Source: Bdellovibrionales bacterium
GTDB taxonomy: Bacteria; Bdellovibrionota; Bdellovibrionia; Bdellovibrionales; UBA1609
DNA length: 64,000 nt
Direction of reading: 5' to 3'
NCBI GenBank assembly: GCA_027459485.1
Contig: DAIDIG010000005.1
Coordinates: 154,222-218,221, forward strand
The notes under the pieces were generated by a model. That model did not search any database and had not been told where the DNA came from. It saw only the letters and a list, made by a program, of their open reading frames with translations. The position numbers were made by a program, and so were the translations under genes. Every line of letters starts with the position of its first letter. Within the stretch, counting starts at the first letter, position 1. Shown here piece by piece: positions 1-9,402 of the stretch.

Positions 1-451
1 CGAGATCAACGCTCGCCTCGGTATGGCCGGCACGCTTCAAAACTCCACCATCGAGCGCGCGAATCGGAAAAACGTGACCCGGCACAATAATATCGCTTGG
101 CTTTGCCAAAGGATTTGCCGCCACGCGAATCGTGTGGGAGCGATCCGCCGCCGAAATACCGGTGGTCACTCCCGATGAGGCTTCGATCGAAACGGTGAAC
201 GCCGTTTTGTTCGGCGACAGGTTAAAGTCATCCTTCACCATTTGCGGCAAGCCCAGCCGCTGAATTTGTGCCGATGTCATCGAGAGGCAAATCAACCCAC
301 GCGCTTCTTTCGCCATGAAATTAATCGCCTGCGGAGTGACAAAATCCGCTGCCAAAATCAAATCGCCTTCATTCTCACGGTTTTCATCATCAACCAAGAT
401 GACCATCTTGCCGGCTTGAATATCTTCGATCAGTTCGCGAATCGTGTTCAT
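1..451 (-). CDS. ribB: 3,4-dihydroxy-2-butanone-4-phosphate synthase domain (RibB, or the N-terminal half of RibBA); the 3' end runs off the window
   Basis: I translated the reverse strand by hand from the ATG at 449-451. It reads [59 protein letters not shown]...[28 protein letters not shown], a classic DHBP-synthase pattern. The ATG overlaps the ribE stop (ATGA). Confidence 0.88.
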   Translation of the reverse strand, partial: MNTIRELIEDIQAGKMVILVDDENRENEGDLILAADFVTPQAINFMAKEARGLICLSMTSAQIQRLGLPQMVKDDFNLSPNKTAFTVSIEASSGVTTGISAADRSHTIRVAANPLAKPSDIIVPGHVFPIRALDGGVLKRAGHTEASVDL

Positions 452-1077
452 GGGTTCAACTCGTTTCGGCGCTCGGCCGCTATTAATTCGATCTGGCGGG
501 CCCAAACTCTCGCCATGGCGTCTGCTTCTAACGTCACTTTGTCGCCCGTCTGTAGATCAACTAAATTTGTTTGTCTCAGTGTTTCAGGGATTAAGCAAAA
601 ACTCACCAGCCAAGCACCCCCCGCCGACTGCCACACTTCATTGATCGTGAGACTGACCCCGTTCACTGCCAAACTGCCTTTCGTCCAAAGATACCGGGTC
701 AAGTTGTCGGGCACTGAAACTATTATGTTGCACGACGAAACGGCCGGCTGCACGGTGTGGATGAGTCCCATCGCCTCGACGTGACCAGCCATCATGTGAC
801 CATGTACGCGATCGCCGAACTTTAGAGACCGCTCGACGTTTAGCAATCGATTTTGCAGCTTAATTTTCGTCCAGCCGGTCACATTCAACGTCTCAGCCCC
901 GAGGGTGAATCGCATAGATTGATCGTCTTGCCACTCGAGAGTAAGACACACCCCGTTGATCGCAAGGCTATCGCCAATTTGTAAATCATCAAAGTGGCTT
1001 GGTTTTTGTAGAACTATTTGGTTTTCAGGCGTCCATTCCAAAAGCGCGACTTTGGCTTCGACGATCCCCGAAAACAT
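448..1077 (-). CDS. ribE: riboflavin synthase alpha chain
   Basis: The 209-aa ORF starts MFSGIVE and has two lumazine-binding repeats ([12 protein letters not shown] and [11 protein letters not shown]). It is adjacent to and coupled with ribB. Confidence 0.9.
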   Translation of the reverse strand: MFSGIVEAKVALLEWTPENQIVLQKPSHFDDLQIGDSLAINGVCLTLEWQDDQSMRFTLGAETLNVTGWTKIKLQNRLLNVERSLKFGDRVHGHMMAGHVEAMGLIHTVQPAVSSCNIIVSVPDNLTRYLWTKGSLAVNGVSLTINEVWQSAGGAWLVSFCLIPETLRQTNLVDLQTGDKVTLEADAMARVWARQIELIAAERRNELNP

Positions 1078-1228
1078 GTATCACCTTGAGGCGAAGGTTA
1101 AAATGACGTGGCGCATATTAGGTCGGCAAAGCCCCTACCGTCAAGGAATATTACCATCTGTCATTTCAACCAGTTGAGCCCGTCGGTCCGCTTGAATTCC
1201 AGGACCAAAATGCCGATTGTAGATAGGT

Positions 1229-3778
1229 ATGCGTATGTCTCAGACCGGCTCGAAATTCTGGTGGAGAAAATTGGCAATCGCGGGGGTCAGCCTGCTCGCC
1301 GTTGGCTGCCCGGTCGGCCCGAACGTGATCGACAATTCAACGCCGCTTTCCGCCACCATTACCCATCAGTATGTGCCGGTCGGTTGCAATCAAACTTGGA
1401 CCGTGCCCGCCACAGGGGGAAAAATACCTTACTCTTTTTCGATTGTATCAGGGCCTGGCACAATTGATCCGACTACGGGCGTTTACACCTCATCGAGTTT
1501 GTCTTCGTCCCCTACAGTTATTGAAATCAGAGATGCGGTTGGTAATACCACAACCGTGCAGGCCGATAACGTGTGGACCTCCGACGGTGCCGTCAACGCC
1601 ATCGCGCAAGATGCGTCAAATAACCTCTACATTGGGGGAGCGTTTTCATGGGTTTGCCTATTCCCGGGCGCGTACGGCGCGGTGCTCGATTCCACTTATG
1701 GTGACCCAAATTACACGATGGATCTTTACCATGGTGGCGGGTTTAATGGCCCGGTTTACGCTTGGGTCGCGCTCGGCGACGGCACGGTTATCGCGGGCGG
1801 CGATTTCACTTCTTACGACGGCAATACCGCGAACTATATCGTAAAAATCGACGCAAACGGCGCGATGGATACAACATTCGACCCCGGCGGCACCGGTTTT
1901 AACGGCCCGGTGCAAACATTGGCGATCGATACGATCGGGCAAATCTATGCCGGAGGCTCTTTCACCCAATATAACGGCAGCACCGCAACTCGAATCGCAA
2001 AACTAGATCCGAAAGCCGGCACGCTCAACACGGTGTTTGACGCGGGTGGAGCGGGCTTCAACGGCACCGTCGAGTCGATCGTCTTCGATCAGTATACAAG
2101 TTTGATTTATGCCGGCGGGGCATTCACTCAATATGAAGGTAATAGCGTCGGTCGAATTGCGGCACTCGATCAATCGAACGGTTTACTGATCGTAAACTTC
2201 AACCCATCCGGCACCGGATTTAACGGTACCGTATATTCAGTTGGGGTCGACAAAGACGGAGGCCTCTACGCCGGCGGCAATTTCACTCAGTACGACACTT
2301 CCTCGCCCGTCAATTACATTGCCAAGCTCGATGCCAGCACAGGCACGTTGAACTCCGGTTTCGATAGCGGCGGCAGCGGATTTAACGGAATCGTTTACGC
2401 GGTCGATGTCGACCCGACCGGAATTTTTGTCGGCGGGTCTTTTTCACAGTACGAGGGTTCCGCTGCCAACAACATCGCCATGTTGACCCCCATCACTGGA
2501 ACTCTCAGCACAACCTTTGACGCCGGCGGCGCTGGGTTCAACGGCACCGTCATGTCCATCAGCTCAGTCGGCGATGGCAATATTTATGTCGCCGGTCCAT
2601 TCACGGCGTATGCCGGATCGGCCGCATATTCGATCGCAAAACTCAGCACATCATCGGGCGCTTTCGACTCAACTTTCGGGACGACTGCCCCACCTAATTC
2701 AACAGTTCAAACGATTTACGAAGACACTAAAACTAATATTTATGTCGGCGGCAATTTCGCCGGATTCGGCGGAGTCGAACAGAAGCACGTAGCAAAATTC
2801 AACTCGACAAGGGGGCTCGACACGACATTCAACCCGGCTCAAGGCGGTTTTGATGGTAATGTAAATGCCCTCGCTGCTGATAACTCCGGCAATATTTATG
2901 TCGGCGGAGCATTCGCGAATTATAATGCCAGTGCCGCTTCAAATATTGCAAAGCTGAACACGACAAGCGGAGCTCTCGATGCAACATTCGATGCGGGCGG
3001 CGCGGGATTTGACGGAAGAGTGAATACTCTCGCTCTCGACGGCGCCGGAAATATCTTTGTCGGTGGTGCGTTTACCACTTATCAGGCCGGGGCAGCGAAC
3101 GACATCGCCAAAATGGATACGACCAATGGCACACTCAATACGACATTCGATGCGGGCGGTGCAGGCTTTAACGGAGCAGTGAACACGCTTGCCCTCGACG
3201 GCGGCGGAAATATCTTTGTCGGTGGTGCGTTTACCACTTATAAAGCCGGGTCGGCGAATGACATCGCCAAAATGGATACGACCAATGGCACACTCAATGC
3301 GACATTTGACGCGAGCGGCACTGGATTTAACGGAGCGGTGAAGGCCGCGGCAATCGATACCGGTGGCAATATTTACATCGGCGGCGCCTTCACAGCTTAT
3401 CGCGCTGGCACTGCGAACCACATTGCAAAAATGGATACGACCAACGGGACGCTTGATGCGACGTTTGACCCAAGCGGAACAGGTTTTACAGGCACGACTG
3501 TTAATAATATCGTCCTCGACGGAGCGGGAAATCTCTACGCCGGCGGCTCATTCACCGCCTACCGCAGCGGTACGGCTTGGTCAGTGGCAAAAATGGATAC
3601 AACGAATGGCACATTAAACACGATGTTCGATGCCGGCGGCTCTGGCTTCGCTAGTGGTTTAAGTTCTGGCATTGTGACGACACTCTTGCTGAACGGGGCC
3701 GGCTATCTTTACGTGGGCGGCACTTTTTCAGATTACCAAGGCGGGTTTACACAAAATTTCGCGCTTATCGGAGATTAA
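1229..3778 (+). CDS. large lipoprotein built from about 15 delta-60-type beta-propeller-like repeats
   Basis: The N-terminus has a signal peptide with lipobox LLAVGC. A unit of about 53-56 aa recurs: FDxGGxGFNGxVxxxxxDxxGxIYVGGxFTxYxGxxxxxIAKLxxxxGxL. The delta-60 repeat family name (TIGR02608) is from memory. Confidence 0.75.
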   Translation: MRMSQTGSKFWWRKLAIAGVSLLAVGCPVGPNVIDNSTPLSATITHQYVPVGCNQTWTVPATGGKIPYSFSIVSGPGTIDPTTGVYTSSSLSSSPTVIEIRDAVGNTTTVQADNVWTSDGAVNAIAQDASNNLYIGGAFSWVCLFPGAYGAVLDSTYGDPNYTMDLYHGGGFNGPVYAWVALGDGTVIAGGDFTSYDGNTANYIVKIDANGAMDTTFDPGGTGFNGPVQTLAIDTIGQIYAGGSFTQYNGSTATRIAKLDPKAGTLNTVFDAGGAGFNGTVESIVFDQYTSLIYAGGAFTQYEGNSVGRIAALDQSNGLLIVNFNPSGTGFNGTVYSVGVDKDGGLYAGGNFTQYDTSSPVNYIAKLDASTGTLNSGFDSGGSGFNGIVYAVDVDPTGIFVGGSFSQYEGSAANNIAMLTPITGTLSTTFDAGGAGFNGTVMSISSVGDGNIYVAGPFTAYAGSAAYSIAKLSTSSGAFDSTFGTTAPPNSTVQTIYEDTKTNIYVGGNFAGFGGVEQKHVAKFNSTRGLDTTFNPAQGGFDGNVNALAADNSGNIYVGGAFANYNASAASNIAKLNTTSGALDATFDAGGAGFDGRVNTLALDGAGNIFVGGAFTTYQAGAANDIAKMDTTNGTLNTTFDAGGAGFNGAVNTLALDGGGNIFVGGAFTTYKAGSANDIAKMDTTNGTLNATFDASGTGFNGAVKAAAIDTGGNIYIGGAFTAYRAGTANHIAKMDTTNGTLDATFDPSGTGFTGTTVNNIVLDGAGNLYAGGSFTAYRSGTAWSVAKMDTTNGTLNTMFDAGGSGFASGLSSGIVTTLLLNGAGYLYVGGTFSDYQGGFTQNFALIGD
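2944..3660 (+). repeat. tandem 159-bp (53-codon) coding repeats inside the delta-60 gene
   Basis: The string aaaatggatacgaccaatggcac... recurs at about 3106, 3265, 3424 and 3583, an exact 159-bp period. Units starting near 3052 and 3211 are nearly identical over about 90 nt. Confidence 0.85.
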
Positions 3779-3791
3779 GTTCGAAAACCAA

Positions 3792-5129
3792 CTACAAAAT
3801 ATTCGCAGCGAGTTCGGCGAGTTCGGAGCGTTCGCCTTTTTCGAGCGTCACGTGGGCGGCGATGATTTGGTTTTTGAATCGCTCGACCGAATAAGTGAGG
3901 CCTGAGTTGGCCGAATCGACGTAGGGGTTGTCGATTTGATAGCAATCGCCGGTTAAGACAACTTTTGTCCCCTGCCCCGCACGTGTGACGATCGTTTTGA
4001 TCTCATGCGGAGTCAGGTTCTGCGCCTCATCAACGATCAGGTATTGATTCGGAATCGAACGGCCGCGAATGTAGGTCAGCGGCTCGATGTTGACCATACC
4101 CTGGTTGATCAGTTCACGCGCCCGGCCGGCGGCTTTTTTGTCGGAGCCCATTAAAAACTCGACGTTGTCGAAAATCGGCTGCATCCACGGGTTTAACTTT
4201 TGCTCGACATCACCGGGCAAATACCCGATATCTCGCCCCATCGGGAAGATCGGCCGACTCACAAGCAGTCGATGAAAACGGCCTTCATCCAACGTTTTAA
4301 AAAGGCCCGCCGCCAGCGCGAGAAGAGTTTTGCCCGTTCCCGCTTTGCCGACCAATGAGACAAATTGAATTTCGTCGTTCAACAAACAATCCAGGGCGAA
4401 ACTTTGCTCAACGTTGCGCGGGTGAATGCCCCAAATGCTTTCGTTGGGAGTCACGAGCGGGACGATTCGGTTCACCTTCATATCATAGCGGCCGATCGCG
4501 CTGTGATTCGCGTTCGAACTGTCGCGCATAATGAGATATTGGTTGGCGACCGCTTTGTAAATGTCGTCGGGAATCTGCAAACTCTTCTCTTTATAAAAAA
4601 GATCGATCATCTCGGGGTCGACATCGATTTCGGCGATGCCTTTGTATAACTCCTCAACGTCGGAGCTCTCGGGGCGATAGTCGACGGCGGTGATACCATA
4701 GACATCGGCTTTGATGCGCAGATTGATGTCTTTTGTAACCAGTTCGACTTTGCCGTTCGGGTACATCGCTTGCAGCTGTAGCGCTTTACCGAGAATACGG
4801 TTGTCTGACTTAATTTGATCGAGATCTTTTGGCAGCCCGTCGACGTTCGAATCGGTCGTCACAAAAACGCGCGATTCGCTCTTTTCTATTTGGACGCCTT
4901 CGGCTAGCGAACCGGCAGCACGAAGGACATCCATCATGCGGCTGAATTGCCGGGCATTGCGTCCGTTTTCGCCAAGATCGCGCTTAAAGCGGTCGATCTC
5001 TTCGATCACGACGAACGGAATGTAAATATCCGCGTTCTGAAATTTGTGAATAGCTAAAGCGTCAAACAATATGACGTTGGTATCGAGCACTATTTTTCGC
5101 GTGTGACCGGCGACTTTTTTGGCAGCCAT
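3792..5129 (-). CDS. PIN-domain / PhoH-like ATPase (YlaK-type)
   Basis: The N-terminus is PIN-like (IVLDTNVILFD...VIEEID). It has Walker A GKAGTGKT and a PhoH core (IVDEAQNLTPHEIKTIVTRAGQGTKVVLTGD). Confidence 0.85.
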   Translation of the reverse strand: MAAKKVAGHTRKIVLDTNVILFDALAIHKFQNADIYIPFVVIEEIDRFKRDLGENGRNARQFSRMMDVLRAAGSLAEGVQIEKSESRVFVTTDSNVDGLPKDLDQIKSDNRILGKALQLQAMYPNGKVELVTKDINLRIKADVYGITAVDYRPESSDVEELYKGIAEIDVDPEMIDLFYKEKSLQIPDDIYKAVANQYLIMRDSSNANHSAIGRYDMKVNRIVPLVTPNESIWGIHPRNVEQSFALDCLLNDEIQFVSLVGKAGTGKTLLALAAGLFKTLDEGRFHRLLVSRPIFPMGRDIGYLPGDVEQKLNPWMQPIFDNVEFLMGSDKKAAGRARELINQGMVNIEPLTYIRGRSIPNQYLIVDEAQNLTPHEIKTIVTRAGQGTKVVLTGDCYQIDNPYVDSANSGLTYSVERFKNQIIAAHVTLEKGERSELAELAANIL

Positions 5130-5164
5130 AGACGGTAGTCTAGCTGCATTTTACTAGTTGTACA

Positions 5165-5713
5165 CTATTTTTTGAGATTCGATACAACGACGTCGCCGGT
5201 ATCCCGCGCGAGGGTCGCACTGACGGTTTCGATGAACTTGACGAAATGAAAGAGCGCTTCGTCATTGAGCGTTCCCTTTAAGAAATTGGCGCCGTGCCGA
5301 AACGCCGCTTCGCCTTCAAGTCGGCGCGCGTTTTGAATTTTCACGATGAACGGAAAATACGTCTTCTGATTCAGGTACACACGCATAGCCACTTCTTCGC
5401 CCTTTTGGAATTGGCCAAAATCCGCATCCACGTCAAAGGCGATACCGTTTTCGGAAATGTCATAAATTTCAATTTTTAAAAGACCGCCCTTGGATTTCGA
5501 TCCGCCTTCTTGCGGTAATACGGCGAAGGCGCCGATGAAACCTGTCAGAATCGTGCGGCGTACTTGTCGGCGCTCTTCGTTCAATATGGCCTCACGGCGC
5601 GAAGTCATATCGACGATACTAGCGGCTGCCGGTGCAACGGCTTTTGTCACCTCCGCGTCTTGCTTTTTCATTACTCGGCGCTGGCTTAAATCGATCACAT
5701 TGTTTTTGACCAT
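5165..5713 (-). CDS. PilZ-domain protein (candidate c-di-GMP receptor)
   Basis: An RxxxR motif (RRQVRR) is followed about 30 aa later by D-x-S-x-x-G (DISENG). Confidence 0.65.
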   Translation of the reverse strand: MVKNNVIDLSQRRVMKKQDAEVTKAVAPAAASIVDMTSRREAILNEERRQVRRTILTGFIGAFAVLPQEGGSKSKGGLLKIEIYDISENGIAFDVDADFGQFQKGEEVAMRVYLNQKTYFPFIVKIQNARRLEGEAAFRHGANFLKGTLNDEALFHFVKFIETVSATLARDTGDVVVSNLKK

Positions 5714-5810
5714 GAGCCCCCATCCCCCATACTGACTACTTATCGGCGGAAAAATGTCTCAACTTTAGCCATTCGCGCTGCTAAACTCGCCGAGTATCCA
5801 GTCGTGGAAG

Positions 5811-6698
5811 GTGAAGGTTTTGGACTCTAAGATCAGCCAGCCCCTTATAATCAGCATTCTGATTCACTTCTGCCTCATTTTGTTGATGTTACTGAGCGTC
5901 CCGCCACATCCACAAAAGCTCCAAAAAATTGATGTCGTGTATCAAGATGAGGCACCTCAGCACTCGCAACAGATCGTGACTGACGTAACGCCACCGACAA
6001 AAGATCTAGTGAAAGATTTAAAGAATAAGGTGGATCGGCTTTCGGCCGTCACCCAGCGCGTGCTAAAAGAGCAAGTCGCGCGCCGCTCGGGTCGTAAAAC
6101 AGTGAATGGCGGCCCTTCGACTCCGCCCTCGAAATCGACCGCGAACAGCATGGCTCGAAACAGCCACCCTAACTCGTTGAATGCTAAAACTTTTGATGAC
6201 ACATCGTCCGATCGCCCGTCGATCACGGCGCCCATGGGTGGCAACGTGAGCCCACACCAGCAGCTCGAAGACTCGTCCATTTCAGATTACATACCCGAGA
6301 TCAAGCAGGGCGGGTTTACCGCGCTCAATACCGATCAGTTCGTTTACTACACGTTTTATTCGCGGATTAATGAGCAAATTCGCAATCGATGGGTGACCAA
6401 TATACAAAACATTCTCTATCGAACTCCACAAAGCGTGCTGAATCAGTGGTCGGCCGTGCCGCAAGTCACTCAGGTCGAAATTTTACTCGACCCGTCGGGG
6501 CATTTCGTTCGCGCCACATTGTACCGACACGCGCAAAGCAAAGATTTGGACCAAGCGGCCGTCAGCGCCTTTCGTCTAGCCTCGCCGTTTAATAATCCGC
6601 CCAGCGAACTCGTGAAAAGCGACGGCTACATTCATCTTTACTATGTTTTTCACCTTGAATTCAGACCTCGATTTTTAGCGAGTGACGGCTCATCTTGA
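5811..6698 (+). CDS. TonB-family protein (N-terminal anchor, Pro/Ser-rich linker, TonB_C-like C-terminus)
   Basis: GTG start. There is one N-terminal TM helix (LIISILIHFCLILLMLL). The C-terminus reads VEILLDPSGHFVRATL...DLDQAAVSAFRLASPFNNPP, which resembles the TonB C-terminal domain. Confidence 0.5.
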   Translation: MKVLDSKISQPLIISILIHFCLILLMLLSVPPHPQKLQKIDVVYQDEAPQHSQQIVTDVTPPTKDLVKDLKNKVDRLSAVTQRVLKEQVARRSGRKTVNGGPSTPPSKSTANSMARNSHPNSLNAKTFDDTSSDRPSITAPMGGNVSPHQQLEDSSISDYIPEIKQGGFTALNTDQFVYYTFYSRINEQIRNRWVTNIQNILYRTPQSVLNQWSAVPQVTQVEILLDPSGHFVRATLYRHAQSKDLDQAAVSAFRLASPFNNPPSELVKSDGYIHLYYVFHLEFRPRFLASDGSS

Positions 6699-6745
6699 AC
6701 CGGTTTTTATGGGAGCCTACGCACGACGCTGCTACCATATAGTGG

Positions 6746-7324
6746 ATGACAACCGCCCGAAAGATATTGGCGCTCGTCGCATTGATGCTCATTTCATCCC
6801 AGGCTTGGGCGGGAGTGATGGAGCTCAGTGCGTCTTACGGGTCGCATACATCCTACATTGATCAAAACAATTTCACTTCGGATGAGTCGATCACAGCGTC
6901 TTACGCGTGGTATTTTTTGAGCCAATCGGCACTCGAGGTTAGTTACACTGACGGTTTCGGTTCGCAAAGCCTTGAGGCGACCGGCGACCCAACCGGTAAA
7001 ACTGTCTATTATCAGAAGGCGCAAATGCTAGGCGTCGATGTCGTACTCAGTTTAACACCAGGCACAGCGTTCATTCAGCCGTTTGTTCGAGCAGGCGGCG
7101 CTTATCTATTCAAGAAACTATACGAGAAATTTTACGACGGAACCGTTGAACAATACGGCGACACGGTGAATACCTACGTGCCGAGTTACGGCGGCGGCCT
7201 GAACATTCATTTAACCCCCAGTTTCGGAATTAAACTCAGTTACGACCGGTGGGAAAGCGGCGTTTGGAATCAAGCCAGCATTTGGGATGATGCCTTCAGG
7301 GTCGGCGTTTCGTGGTTCTTTTAG
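6746..7324 (+). CDS. small outer-membrane beta-barrel protein
   Basis: It has a signal peptide (ALMLISSQAWA), alternating aromatic/hydrophobic strands and a C-terminal ...VGVSWFF. Confidence 0.6.
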   Translation: MTTARKILALVALMLISSQAWAGVMELSASYGSHTSYIDQNNFTSDESITASYAWYFLSQSALEVSYTDGFGSQSLEATGDPTGKTVYYQKAQMLGVDVVLSLTPGTAFIQPFVRAGGAYLFKKLYEKFYDGTVEQYGDTVNTYVPSYGGGLNIHLTPSFGIKLSYDRWESGVWNQASIWDDAFRVGVSWFF

Positions 7325-8475
7325 CACGGCTGCGAAAATGGCCCGCCTACTTCGTTACTTCGTCGCTCACTTCCTGCGACGAGCTGGTTACAGTACGCCT
7401 CGGTTGTTCGCTCCTTGCGTGTCGTATTCGAACCATTTTGGCATCCGTAGCCATTATCAGCTTTTCTTTACTTTTGAACGGCTGCCTCGTTACGTACCTC
7501 GTGAAATCAGGGTACAACCAATTCAAAATTTTAAATGATCGAGTGCCGATCGATCGGGTGCTCAAAAATAGCAATTTACCTGAAAATGAGCGGCACAAGC
7601 TCGAACTGGCTCTCGAAGCGCGCGAATTTGCCGTTAATTATCTTCATTTACGCGCGACAAAAAATTATACAACATTCGTAGATCTCCATCGGCCATACGT
7701 TTCTTGGATCGTCACAGTCGCCTACAAGAATCAACTGAAACAGCGCCCGTTTTGGTACCCGATCGTCGGCAGTTTGCCTTATAAAGGATTCTTCAGTTCA
7801 TCCGAAGCGAAAGCCGAAGCGAAAAAATACGCCGGCAAAGGATTCGACGTCATGGCTCGAGGAGTGACCGCGTACAGCACGCTCGGCTGGTTCGAAGATC
7901 CTCTCCTTTCAACAATGCTCACGGGGCCTGACTACGATTTGGTAAATACGATCATTCATGAATCGACACATGCAACGATTTATATCAAAAGTCAGGCTGA
8001 TTTTAATGAGCGCATGGCCACCTATGTCGGCGGCCTCGGCGCGCAATTATTTTACAGACAGAAAGGCGATACAAAAACATTGCGGGCAATTGAAATGGAA
8101 AACGCCGACGACGAGCTCTTTTCAAAGTTCATCAGCGGCGAAATCAGCGGTTTAAAAAAATGGTATGCGGAGCACCCGCACCCGACCGAAGACCAACGAC
8201 AGTCGCAGTTTGAAAAAATCAAGGCGGATTTCGCATTGCGGCTTCAACCCAAATTGCAGACCGACAATTATTCGGGCTTTGCGAAAATGAAACTGAACAA
8301 CGCCGTTTTGTTATACCTCGGGACGTACGAGTACGACCTGTCGGATTTCGCCCGGCTTTACAAAAAGCTCGGCGGTGATTTCGGCAAATTCATTCAGGCT
8401 TGCAAGAATTTTGAGAAAAGCCGCGACCCTTCCGCCGAATTGAAGACGCTGGTTTCGAAGTCACCGTCTTCATAA
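7312..8475 (+). CDS. putative lipoprotein aminopeptidase (DUF2265-type predicted aminopeptidase)
   Basis: It contains an IIHESTHATIY motif and a lipobox LLLNGC. The family name is from memory. The ATG at 7312 overlaps the upstream stop. The signal peptide only starts near 7426, so the true start is uncertain. Confidence 0.6.
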   Translation: MVLLARLRKWPAYFVTSSLTSCDELVTVRLGCSLLACRIRTILASVAIISFSLLLNGCLVTYLVKSGYNQFKILNDRVPIDRVLKNSNLPENERHKLELALEAREFAVNYLHLRATKNYTTFVDLHRPYVSWIVTVAYKNQLKQRPFWYPIVGSLPYKGFFSSSEAKAEAKKYAGKGFDVMARGVTAYSTLGWFEDPLLSTMLTGPDYDLVNTIIHESTHATIYIKSQADFNERMATYVGGLGAQLFYRQKGDTKTLRAIEMENADDELFSKFISGEISGLKKWYAEHPHPTEDQRQSQFEKIKADFALRLQPKLQTDNYSGFAKMKLNNAVLLYLGTYEYDLSDFARLYKKLGGDFGKFIQACKNFEKSRDPSAELKTLVSKSPSS

Positions 8476-8692
8476 TGCGATTGTGCAGATCCATCATCAG
8501 TTTTTCATTCTCGAGCAGCGGCTCGATCGCCTCGGCCTTATCGGCATGTAACACGATTTGCCGAAGGCGGCGGAGATTCTTATAAATCAGCCGGTCGGTC
8601 TTTGAGTGTGCGAGCAAGAGGCTCAAGCGACCACGCGTTTTTTCGTCGGCTTCACCTTCTATAAAATCGATCCAATCTTCGAGCCGTGTCAT
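8390..8692 (-). CDS. putative anti-sigma factor (small, no TM helix recognised)
   Basis: The call is by position only. The ATG at 8692 overlaps the ECF sigma stop (ATGA), and I saw no zf-HC2 pattern. The 3' end overlaps the convergent aminopeptidase gene by 86 bp. Confidence 0.4.
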   Translation of the reverse strand: MTRLEDWIDFIEGEADEKTRGRLSLLLAHSKTDRLIYKNLRRLRQIVLHADKAEAIEPLLENEKLMMDLHNRIMKTVTSKPASSIRRKGRGFSQNSCKPE

Positions 8693-9279
8693 GCATCCGC
8701 CTCCATTGGTTTTTCTTTCGAGCTTTCGCTCTGTCTCCATCCTTCTTGCCGTAATGTTCCACCTAAACGGTGCCGAAGTTTCATCAAGGCGTGGCGATAG
8801 TTTGCTTTGGCCGTATCATAGGGGCACTCCATCACTTCGGCGATTTCAGAAAAACTCATGTCTTCGTATATGCGCAAACTGAGAGCGTGACGCTGTTTCA
8901 ACGGTAGTTTGTCGATTTCAGCTTGCATCGCGATTTTCAAATCATCGTGCATCATATCGCCCTCGATGTCGGTGTCGTCGGCGAGAGGTGCCTTTTCGAT
9001 ATCAATAAGCTCCGGGCGCCTCCCGCGCAGTTTATTTTTCGCCGTATTGAGAGTGATTTGAAATACCCAACTTTTAAAGGCCGAGCGGCCTTCGAATGAT
9101 CCGATCTTCTGGTGAGCTTTGAACCAGCTTTCTTGAACGACGTCTTGCGCGGCTTCGAAATCGCCGAGCACGCGAAATGCAAGACGCAGTAGGCTTTTTT
9201 GGTGACGAAGAACAAGTTCCGCAAACGCATTGTGATCTCCCGATTTTGCCCTGGTTACGAGATTATTATCCGTTTCCAT
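8689..9279 (-). CDS. ECF (sigma-70 family, RpoE-like) sigma factor
   Basis: Region 2 (FAELVLRHQKSLLRLAFRVLGDFEAAQDVVQESWFKA) and region 4 (LSLRIYEDMSFSEIAEVMECPYDTAKANYRHAL) are both present. I moved the start to the ATG at 9279, which is preceded by the RBS aaagggaggg. Confidence 0.85.
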   Translation of the reverse strand: METDNNLVTRAKSGDHNAFAELVLRHQKSLLRLAFRVLGDFEAAQDVVQESWFKAHQKIGSFEGRSAFKSWVFQITLNTAKNKLRGRRPELIDIEKAPLADDTDIEGDMMHDDLKIAMQAEIDKLPLKQRHALSLRIYEDMSFSEIAEVMECPYDTAKANYRHALMKLRHRLGGTLRQEGWRQSESSKEKPMEADA

Positions 9280-9308
9280 CTCGATCCCTCCCTTTGACAC
9301 GACATAGG

Positions 9309-9402
9309 TCGCGACCCGGTTAATTACTTTGTGGCGTGGCCAATTAACGGCCACTTGCCTAATTAATGAGCAAAGGTCGGGCCAAACCCTTTCGGGTCGC
9401 GA
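9309..9402. promoter_or_regulatory. nested inverted repeats and three AATTAA boxes upstream of the ECF sigma gene
   Basis: The outer repeat is a 10-bp perfect IR, tcgcgacccg (9309-9318) with cgggtcgcga (9393-9402). The inner repeat is GTGGCC-aattaac-GGCCAC (9336-9354). TTAATTA, AATTAA and TAATTAAT boxes start at about 9320, 9342 and 9360. Confidence 0.35.

Noticed and set aside
242-784. A 180-aa plus-strand ORF spans the ribB/ribE junction.
   Set aside because: The opposite strand encodes textbook RibB and RibE sequences. This ORF has no recognisable motifs and looks like an antisense frame artefact.
1078-1228. I looked for an FMN (RFN) riboswitch in the 151-bp leader of ribE. On the minus strand it contains ggtcctggaattcaagcggaccgacggg, which resembles the ...GGUGUAAUUCCGGGGCCGACGG... 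half of the consensus.
   Set aside because: I could find only one half-like segment. The 5' GGGGCGAAAUUCCCCACCGGCGG half and the terminal GGAUGGGAGA are missing, and the gap is too short for a promoter, an aptamer and an expression platform. A cmsearch with RF00050 would settle it.
2939-3421. The periodic 159-bp repeats, with a 160-aa antisense ORF, could be mistaken for a CRISPR-like or non-coding array.
   Set aside because: The period is an exact multiple of 3, and the units translate into the delta-60 protein repeat in the long sense ORF. There is no spacer/repeat alternation and there are no cas genes.
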